Shown here piece by piece: positions 57,309 to 64,000 of a DNA stretch of 64,000 bases. Origin of the DNA: a virus; IMG/VR virus record IMGVR_UViG_3300036832_001118, positions 23,761 through 87,760 of that record; one strand, 5' to 3'. The notes beneath the pieces were generated by a model. It had not been told where the DNA came from, searched no databases, and was given only the letters and a program-made list of their open reading frames with translations. A program made the translations under genes and the position numbers. The stretch's first letter is position 1. The number at the start of each line of letters is the position of its first letter.

Positions 57309-58329
57309 CTTGTTCCTCCTCGTTTTTTTCCTCCGGTAGCGGCTCGTATAGACGACTCGGCCGCAGACACAGGCCAATCACACAGAACACATCCTCAAAC
57401 CGCTGCACATCGTTGCCGAAGTAGAAAAATGCCTGACCTTGAGTTGGTGCTCCTACAATTTCGGCGGGGTGGAATTGAATCCGACCACGCGTGAAGCAGA
57501 TGCTCTGACAGACGCCCACCGCCGTATTAAACCACTCGGTATCGGTGGAGTTGTTGGTGAGCATGATTGCCGCAGTGATGCGACCTGATGCAATTTCCGC
57601 AACTAATTTGCTGATGAAGGCGGGCAGCAGCTTTTTATGATAGGGCGGGTTAAGCCATATGCGGCCGCGCCATTCCTGGCTCAAGCCGTCATCCTCAATC
57701 GTGAAGTAATCGGTGGCGTCTACTGTTTGCTGCGCCAGATCGCATGAGGCTGGATCTAGGTCAATCTCACCGAGCACTCGGCGTGTCGCCTCGATGTATA
57801 TGGCGGGCGTATAACGTTCGATTTCTCCGGTGCCTTCGGTGCCGCGCACGGTGCCGTCATTTTGCTGCTCGCAAATGCGCGTGGCGCGGTGCTTGGCGAC
57901 GTTTTGGCGCGAGACGATCTTGTCCGGATCGCTGATCCATTTTGATCGCTTGTCCGGCTTAGAACAAAAGCGCGTGTTCCAGCGATGAATTACGAGGTCG
58001 CCGGGATCGGCAGCGGGTAAGTAGGATTTCAGTGCTGAAATCCTACTTATGCCTTTTCGGCCCGATGATGCTGCTTTCTGCGATGATTCTACCGCCTCAT
58101 TGCGCCAAACGAGGTATTTGACTTGCTCGTCTATCTTGATTTTGATGGCTTTTTCCAACTGCTCACGCGCAAACGGGTCCTTGGTCTCACGCCACGCGCG
58201 GGCCCAATGCCGCTCGCCAGCCTCCGCGACGGCGATCGTCTTGAGGCCCTTATCGGGATCGTAGATGGTAACCGAGCGCTCTGCACCCAGCTCGACAAGC
58301 TCGCTCAAATGCTCGCTGATTTTGGCCAT
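57292..58329 (-). CDS. Phage Dam-type N6-adenine DNA methyltransferase with an N-terminal extension
   Basis: ERYTP, IDLDPAS, IWLNPPY, TDTEWF, GRIQF, PTQGQAFFYFG. Confidence 0.9.
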   Translation of the reverse strand: MAKISEHLSELVELGAERSVTIYDPDKGLKTIAVAEAGERHWARAWRETKDPFAREQLEKAIKIKIDEQVKYLVWRNEAVESSQKAASSGRKGISRISALKSYLPAADPGDLVIHRWNTRFCSKPDKRSKWISDPDKIVSRQNVAKHRATRICEQQNDGTVRGTEGTGEIERYTPAIYIEATRRVLGEIDLDPASCDLAQQTVDATDYFTIEDDGLSQEWRGRIWLNPPYHKKLLPAFISKLVAEIASGRITAAIMLTNNSTDTEWFNTAVGVCQSICFTRGRIQFHPAEIVGAPTQGQAFFYFGNDVQRFEDVFCVIGLCLRPSRLYEPLPEEKNEEEQDGDET

Positions 58330-58388
58330 CGAATCGCCCGCTGAAGGGCGCGATGATCATGATCTCCTTGACGCATGTCAAGTGGGTA

Positions 58389-59711
58389 TCAAGGAATGTT
58401 TTGCGGAAAGCCAACCATGGCGGCGTCATGCGCGCCCAAGAACCAACGCGCAATGCGCCCGGACAGCGATGGACACTGTGGGATAGTCGGCGTAACCGGC
58501 GCCGCCGGGGCGAGCCCATAGGTCAGCAAGTCATAGGCCGAGACGCGGTCAATGGCGCCCTCATACTTGCCCGCGATCGGCGAGGTATCCAGCACAGCCT
58601 CGCGCTCTTGCGCCGTCAACGGGCCAATACGTGAGGATGGCTTACGTATCTGGATGCGTTCTACCGGGCTCGGTGCACCGGTCTGATTCAGGAACGACAC
58701 CAGCGCCTCGCCGGTGCCGAGCTGCATGATCACCTTGGCGGTGTCGAGCTTGGGGTTCGGCCGGAAGGTGTCTGCCGCAGCTTTAACGGCCTTCTGATCG
58801 CGTGGCGTGAAGGCGCGTAGCGCGTGCTGCACGCGGTTGCCCAGCTGCCCCAGCACCTTGTCTGGGACGTCACGCGGGTTCTGGGTGACGAAGTAGACGC
58901 CAACACCTTTGGAGCGGATTAAGCGCACCACGTGCTCGATCTGATAGAGCAATGGCTTGGGCGCGTCGGTGAACAGGAGATGCGCCTCGTCAAAGAAGAA
59001 CACCAGCTTGGGCTTGTCCTGATCGCCGACCTCGGGCAGCTGCTGTTCCATTTGCGTCAGCAGCCAGAGTAGGAATGTGGCGTAGAGTTGCGGGTTGTGC
59101 ATCAGCTTATCGGCCGCCAGGATATTGATGCGGCCGCGCCCCTGTGCGTCAGTGCTGAGAAAGTCATCCAGCTCGAGCGAAGGCAAGCCAAAGAAATGGT
59201 CTGCGCCTTGGTTCTCCAGCACCAGGATCTGACGTTGGATGGTGCCGGCCGTTGGCTTGGACACGCGGCCATATTCGGCTGACCAGATGCTACCGGCTGA
59301 TGTGGTCAGGAAGGTCAGAAGGGCGCGCAGGTCCTTGAGGTCGTCTAACAGCATGCCGTGATCGCTGGCGACGCGAAAGGCAATGTTGAGTGCACCCTCC
59401 TGAACTGCGTTGAGGCCCATCATGCGGCTGAGCAGGATCGGACCGATGCTCCATATCCGCGCTCGCACCGGGTGACCCTGCTTGCCAAACAGGTCCCAGA
59501 ACAGCACGGGAAACCGATCTGATGCCGCAATGCCGGATAAATCGCCCTTGACGTCAGCGGCGAACACGGGGACGCCGGCACGGGAAAAACTCTCGGCTAA
59601 TCCCTGCAGTGTGACCGTCTTGCCGGTGCCCGTGGCGCCGGTGATTAGGCCGTGCCGGTTGGCCAGCGCAAGGTTCAGGCTTGCGCCTTTGCCTAGAAAT
59701 ATCTGATCCAT
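58389..59711 (-). CDS. HerA-like ATPase (DUF853/YjgR family)
   Basis: [57 protein letters not shown]. Confidence 0.9.
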   Translation of the reverse strand: MDQIFLGKGASLNLALANRHGLITGATGTGKTVTLQGLAESFSRAGVPVFAADVKGDLSGIAASDRFPVLFWDLFGKQGHPVRARIWSIGPILLSRMMGLNAVQEGALNIAFRVASDHGMLLDDLKDLRALLTFLTTSAGSIWSAEYGRVSKPTAGTIQRQILVLENQGADHFFGLPSLELDDFLSTDAQGRGRINILAADKLMHNPQLYATFLLWLLTQMEQQLPEVGDQDKPKLVFFFDEAHLLFTDAPKPLLYQIEHVVRLIRSKGVGVYFVTQNPRDVPDKVLGQLGNRVQHALRAFTPRDQKAVKAAADTFRPNPKLDTAKVIMQLGTGEALVSFLNQTGAPSPVERIQIRKPSSRIGPLTAQEREAVLDTSPIAGKYEGAIDRVSAYDLLTYGLAPAAPVTPTIPQCPSLSGRIARWFLGAHDAAMVGFPQNIP

Positions 59712-59712
59712 T

Positions 59713-59904
59713 TTATTCCCCTCCGTATTTCATTTTGAGCTTGACGCGTTGGATCGGCAGGCCTTGCAGCAGTACGCTTTCCTCAATTGCCTTCCGCACA
59801 TCTGACTTTGTCGGGAAAACGATCGCCGTCGTCGGATCATCGTCGCTTTCCGCATAAACGCTAACCGCGCCGTCCGGTGACTCGCACAGAATAATATATG
59901 GCAT
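59713..59904 (-). CDS. Small early hypothetical protein
   Basis: Part of the tightly packed leftward operon. Confidence 0.5.
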   Translation of the reverse strand: MPYIILCESPDGAVSVYAESDDDPTTAIVFPTKSDVRKAIEESVLLQGLPIQRVKLKMKYGGE

Positions 59905-59908
59905 GCGC

Positions 59909-60094
59909 CTACCATCCCTTTGGTATGCCGTGCTTAACGTACATCTGAATTAGCCGCGCGACGGTCTCTTTGATCGGCAACTCGCCTGACTCGTAGCGTT
60001 GCGCGGTGCGCAGGTTCACAGCCAACTTGCGCGCCAGCTCCACATTGTACAAACCAAGCTTCTCGCGTGCGGCCTTGTATTCTGACGCGTCCAT
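59909..60094 (-). CDS. Small XRE-family HTH regulator
   Basis: EYKAAREKLGL..VELARKL.VNLRTAQRYESGE.PI. Confidence 0.8.
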   Translation of the reverse strand: MDASEYKAAREKLGLYNVELARKLAVNLRTAQRYESGELPIKETVARLIQMYVKHGIPKGW

Positions 60095-60191
60095 TGCTAT
60101 TGATCCTTTCGAGCGTGGTCCTAGTTTGACCTCACAGTTTGCTAGGGTCAGCTCATGGCCGGGGGACTGCAATCCCCCGGCCGCTTTGTGT

Positions 60192-60515
60192 TTAGCGTCC
60201 ATTCCACTTTACACGGATTTCTGTCACATCGATTTTCCCGGTCGATTCATCGATAAAGGCGCCGTAAAACCACAGGCCACATCCGGCCATGTAATACGAT
60301 CCATGTTTGTCTGACGTTGAAAACTTGATATCTCTCACCGAAGCGCGGCAAGAATATTGCTGATAGAGTGCCTGCTGCACCCTTTCCTCATCACTCGGTG
60401 GAGCGGAAGGCGCTTGCGAGCCTATTACAGCGCCTAATACAGCGACCCCTGCTATGGTCCCAAATAACAGACCAACCATTGTCAGCCCGACTTTATTTTC
60501 TCTTTTTCTGTCCAT
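60192..60515 (-). CDS. Membrane-anchored hypothetical protein
   Basis: AAACTGTGAGGA leader; N-terminal TM segment. Confidence 0.55.
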   Translation of the reverse strand: MDRKRENKVGLTMVGLLFGTIAGVAVLGAVIGSQAPSAPPSDEERVQQALYQQYSCRASVRDIKFSTSDKHGSYYMAGCGLWFYGAFIDESTGKIDVTEIRVKWNGR

Positions 60516-60590
60516 CTGATAATCCTCACAGTTTGATTTGATGCACAAGCGCATCATGGGACGGGCCATCTGACCCGCCCGGTGATGGGC

Positions 60591-60815
60591 TCAAAGCGTA
60601 TCCAGAAATTCGCGGAAGGCGTCGCCATGCGCAAGAAACAACGGCGCCAATTCATTCGAGCGATCGATTGCCGCAGTCAGCGCAGATATAGCATCAAGCA
60701 TCGCCCCTCCAGCGGCAATCTGCGCCCGCCGATGTTCCTCAACTATGGCGTGATAACGGGCTGAAATATCGCCGATCCGGGCAATGATGGCGCGTTGTTC
60801 TGGCGTATAGTCCAT
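60591..60815 (-). CDS. Hypothetical protein
   Basis: GAGGAGG RBS. Confidence 0.55.
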   Translation of the reverse strand: MDYTPEQRAIIARIGDISARYHAIVEEHRRAQIAAGGAMLDAISALTAAIDRSNELAPLFLAHGDAFREFLDTL

Positions 60816-61040
60816 CTGATCCTCCTCAGTTCGCATTATTCGCCGCATGTGATGCTTGTAGCGCGCTGATAAACTCCTGAATGTTCTCCGGATCAGTGAT
60901 CAAGCTTGTGATCGCGAACCCCATAACGGCAATGGCCTCACGCTCTGATAGGCCGCGGTCCTGAAGATATTCAAGCAGCGCTATCGCCTCGTCGCGCAGC
61001 ATTTCCTCAACGTCCTCTAGATTGCTCATGTTCTGATCCC

Positions 61041-61187
61041 TCATGCTTGTTTGGTCAGCCAATAGTTCAGGCTATTCACGCGGTCCTGTGCCTCACGCTT
61101 GGTGTTCGCGTTGTAGACTTTTGTGTTTTGCTGACGGTCCCAAATCTCCCATCCGAGATCGGTCCGGTGCACATAGTAGCGTTTCAT
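61041..61187 (-). CDS. Small early protein
   Basis: AAACTGTGAGGA leader. Confidence 0.5.
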   Translation of the reverse strand: MKRYYVHRTDLGWEIWDRQQNTKVYNANTKREAQDRVNSLNYWLTKQA

Positions 61188-61250
61188 CTGATCCTCACAG
61201 TTTGGCATGATTGCCCAATTGCCCCACACAATGGCGAGGCAATAAGTCAA

Positions 61251-61484
61251 TCACTTGCCGCGTTTTGCTATTGTGTCGTTTATTCCGTATGCCTCAAAAT
61301 AATCCGCGACCAACTCAGCGTCTATGTCCGGGTCGTCGCAATCGTCTACGCGCCAGACAAGCTCGGGCCCGTCCGTGTAGATCACATGCGCCTGTTGCGC
61401 CGCGTCTTTCTCGCTGGTCGCCTCAATTTCCAGTGTGGCACTCTGATAGACGGTCTGCAGGATAGTTACGCGATACTTGGACAT
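61251..61484 (-). CDS. Small early protein
   Basis: KYRVTI......EIEA.SE..A motif common in phage early regions. Confidence 0.55.
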   Translation of the reverse strand: MSKYRVTILQTVYQSATLEIEATSEKDAAQQAHVIYTDGPELVWRVDDCDDPDIDAELVADYFEAYGINDTIAKRGK

Positions 61485-61494
61485 GGTTGCCCCA

Positions 61495-61710
61495 CTATTT
61501 CGTGAGTTGGCGATCGTGTTGCTCAAGTCGATCGAGCACGCGCGCCATTTGCGTATGCATCGCGTGCAGCTCGGTCAGGATTGCTGTTTGTCCGGTGTCA
61601 AGGCGCATGAGAATGGCGTGTTGCACGCGAAACTCATCCTTGATGCTGGCAACTTCATTGATCAGCACATCAACCCTGCTTGCCAGTAATGTCCAATCAA
61701 CCTCGGCCAT
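61495..61710 (-). CDS. Coiled-coil small protein
   Basis: ACTGTGAGGA leader; heptad pattern. Confidence 0.55.
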   Translation of the reverse strand: MAEVDWTLLASRVDVLINEVASIKDEFRVQHAILMRLDTGQTAILTELHAMHTQMARVLDRLEQHDRQLTK

Positions 61711-61745
61711 GTGTCCTCACAGTCAGCGTCATGTTAGTTTGCTTA

Positions 61746-61934
61746 TCAGTTTGTTTTTGCCGCATTGCGGGCACACATCAGCGCGCGCGCATAGGCGAGA
61801 TCAAAGGAACCGGGATTGTTGCGGTCGCCGCTAAAGGTGCCAGCGATCTCGCGTTGATTGGCGCGGCTGCGCTCTACAACATAACCCGTCGTGTTGTTGT
61901 AGTAGTCGCGGCCTAAGGTTCGAATGTTCCACAT
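61746..61934 (-). CDS. Small early protein
   Basis: AAACTGTGAGGA leader; first gene after the promoter. Confidence 0.5.
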   Translation of the reverse strand: MWNIRTLGRDYYNNTTGYVVERSRANQREIAGTFSGDRNNPGSFDLAYARALMCARNAAKTN

Positions 61935-61969
61935 GTTGTCCTCACAGTTTGGTTGTATTCAGTAAATAG

Positions 61970-61998
61970 AATATACGGCGCGGCGCCGCAAAATGCAA
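61970..61998 (-). promoter_or_regulatory. Sigma70-type early promoter with an operator in the spacer
   Basis: TTGCAT-N17-TATATT; TGCGGC-N5-GCCG(T/C)A palindromes in the spacer and at 62017-62037. Confidence 0.6.
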
Positions 61999-62386
61999 AT
62001 GGAATTGTGCGCGTTAAATGCGGCGCAATGCCGCATTATGATATGTGCTTCGTGCGCCATAATGGAGACTTGTGGGCATTCCATAATCATTAGGGGGGGG
62101 CAAAATGACAGAGGCCCAAGCCAAATTCGTCGCGGATTATATTCTCGCCGATCGCATCGCCGATACAGGAACAGGTATGCCAACCATCGTTGCCTACCTC
62201 AATAGCGGCGCCCATACCTTTCGCGGGAGCAAACTCGTATTCGACGAAATCAGTAGGCTGTTGATCCTGGACGACAACATTTTTATCCGCTGCGAACAGT
62301 GCGCCGCGATCGAAATCATTCCCAAATAAGACGCGAAAACCGAGTTTAGGGTCATTCTGTCAACTATATCACAATAATTTGATATG

Positions 62387-62630
62387 ATGGCACAGGATAC
62401 CTCTTTGGCGCAGTCAAATATGGGTGCGCCATAAGTTTTTAAAATTGGCGCCTTTATGGCGCATCATGGCGCAGGGCGACGCGTCAATACCCCCGCAAAA
62501 CTCGCATTTGCGCCATTGCGCCATGCGGGGGGTGCGAAGCACACACCCCCCGCCGCTTCGCTATGGCGCACTGGACGGCGCCGCAAAGCGTGCATGGCGC
62601 AATGGTGCAAAGAAAATGCGGGTTTTGTGG
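62387..62630. repeat. Iteron-like TGCGCCAT octamers and nested inverted repeats (putative replication origin)
   Basis: Seven exact and four variant copies in both orientations within a non-coding region. Confidence 0.55.
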
Positions 62631-62788
62631 CTTCGTGCGGCGCCAGCCATTTTCGCTTCCGCGGCTTGACCTTTAAGAAAAAATAGAAGAAATTTGGCGC
62701 GCGTTGAAAAGAGACAAGGCACAAGGGAAACAACCGTCCCAGATCGGGGCGGTTTTTTATTGGGCGTGTCGGGCACCATGGTACCACT

Positions 62789-63265
62789 GTGCCAAAACAG
62801 AAAACTTCTACAGCTGTAAAAAGCAAAACCTTCAACGGAAAGGTGCGGCAACAGCGCCTAGAACGCCAATTGCGTCCGTATGAGGCGCCAAAAGAGGCGC
62901 CAAAGAAGTTTGCTAATCCTAATGGTCGCACCAGAGGGCAGCCGAATAATATCTCGCGCCTAACACGCGAAGCTATATTCGAGGGTCTATCGCGCTGTGG
63001 CGGTCGCGAGGGTATGGTCGGGTTCGTTATCAAGGCGACAAACGAAAATATCAAAAACGGCGTAGCCATGCTCAATATGATCACGCCGCGTATTGTCGAC
63101 GCGATCGTTACCCATAACGACATGATCTTTAAGACGCTGGCTGAAGTAGACACAGAGCTCGCAGCACGCGGCTTGCCCACGTCGCAAGAGATATTCAAGC
63201 TGGATTTTAAGGGCGATACGGATGACGAGGGTATGGTCATAGAGAATGAAGTTGGTAAGGAATAG
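62789..63265 (+). CDS. Terminase small subunit-like protein
   Basis: NPNGRTRGQPN..SRL.REAI...L...GG..G; basic N-terminus and acidic C-terminus. Confidence 0.65.
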   Translation: MPKQKTSTAVKSKTFNGKVRQQRLERQLRPYEAPKEAPKKFANPNGRTRGQPNNISRLTREAIFEGLSRCGGREGMVGFVIKATNENIKNGVAMLNMITPRIVDAIVTHNDMIFKTLAEVDTELAARGLPTSQEIFKLDFKGDTDDEGMVIENEVGKE

Positions 63266-63375
63266 TAGGATTTCAGCGCTGAAAGTCTACTGTCCCCAAA
63301 CCCTATTCGCAATTCACCATTACTGCCATTGAAACCATTAGCTTATTTTCCCTAAAATAATTGTCCCCTAAGGGC

Positions 63376-63404
63376 TTGTATTGGGGACAAGGGTATGCCA
63401 TATA
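63376..63404 (+). promoter_or_regulatory. Sigma70-type promoter with an overlapping TTGTCCCC...GGGGACAA inverted repeat
   Basis: TTGTAT-N17-CATATA; inverted repeat at 63361-63390. Confidence 0.5.
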
Positions 63405-63433
63405 CAGTCTATCGAAACTGTGAGGACAAGATC

Positions 63434-63601
63434 ATGTTTGTATCACCGCAATGGAAAGAAGTTTTTGGAGTGTTCACTGCTCGCAATGGGCAATGGGCGC
63501 TTGTGTCCACCCATGGCAATCTGGCCGAGGCTATGCGCGAACGGGATTATGTGGCCCGCGATCTAGGTCAACAGGCGACCGTGCTCCGCAAGGCTCTATA
63601 G
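63434..63601 (+). CDS. Small hypothetical protein
   Basis: AAACTGTGAGGA leader before ATG 63434. Confidence 0.45.
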   Translation: MFVSPQWKEVFGVFTARNGQWALVSTHGNLAEAMRERDYVARDLGQQATVLRKAL

Positions 63602-63780
63602 GGCATAGGGAGGCCCTCTAGGGAGGGTGCCCTCAGAAACGTTTCCAGGGGCCCCAGTCGAGACGGCCCCGAAATGCGAAGCTCTCCAATGTATATCTGC
63701 CGCCACCTTTTTCCCCTAATAGGCGAATGGGTCCCATATTCAACCCCTAATACCAATGGGTCCCATATTTAGAGGTTGTC

Positions 63781-64000
63781 ATGCGTGCCGTTTTTTACTT
63801 ACGCGTCAGTACCAAGGATCAGGACACTGACAATCAGGAGCGGGAGCTTCGGGTTGCGGCGGCTCGGTTGGGTCATGAGGTGACGCACATTTATCGCGAC
63901 CATGGGATCAGCGGTGCCAAGGGTCGAGACAGGCGGCCTGGGTTTGACCAACTGCACCGGGACGCCAGCCGCGGGAAATTCGACCTCGTCATGGCCTGGT
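63781..64000 (+). CDS. Serine recombinase (resolvase family), 3'-partial
   Basis: MRAVFYLRVSTKDQ...Q...L...Y.D.GISGAK...RPGF..L...A..GKFD.V..W; GAGG RBS. Confidence 0.9.
   Translation, partial: MRAVFYLRVSTKDQDTDNQERELRVAAARLGHEVTHIYRDHGISGAKGRDRRPGFDQLHRDASRGKFDLVMAW

Noticed and set aside
60130-62630. CRISPR or guide-RNA array from the leader motif or octamer repeats
   Set aside because: Spacing is irregular, the repeats are short and separated by genes, and no Cas-like effector is visible.
62464-63312. Antisense 282-aa ORF sharing the peptide SR.SALKSY with the MTase
   Set aside because: The similarity comes from the shared DNA palindrome; the ORF is the shadow of terS and the origin region.

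Overview
The whole window is part of a temperate, contractile-tailed (P2-like tail module) phage genome. The GC-rich sequence and gene content suggest an alphaproteobacterial, Rhizobiales-like host (inference). From left to right: baseplate and fibre genes; tail sheath; a free-standing HNH endonuclease; tail tube and chaperone; two tandem paralogous tape-measure proteins with different cell-wall-hydrolase cassettes; gpU/gpX/gpD-like genes; an accessory fibre block (SPRY and LamG proteins with a shared ~20-aa repeat, a GT9 glycosyltransferase, a SAM methyltransferase, a Cys-cluster protein); a multi-enzyme lysis cassette; small early genes; an intact attP-like site with tyrosine integrase and excisionase; a RecE-like exonuclease with a putative annealase; a CI/Cro switch; a primase-helicase; two Dam-type methyltransferases flanking a ParB-like gene next to a HerA-like ATPase; a leftward early operon with a repeated leader motif; an iteron-rich putative origin; terminase small subunit; and the start of a serine recombinase. 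The most notable observations are the duplicated modular tape measures, a putative virion fibre glycosylation/assembly system, a long palindrome inside a methyltransferase gene that recurs at the end of terS, a truncated BrnA-like antitoxin, and a stand-alone copy of the integrase arm-binding domain beside attP. All family calls come from motif recognition by eye; no database search was run.
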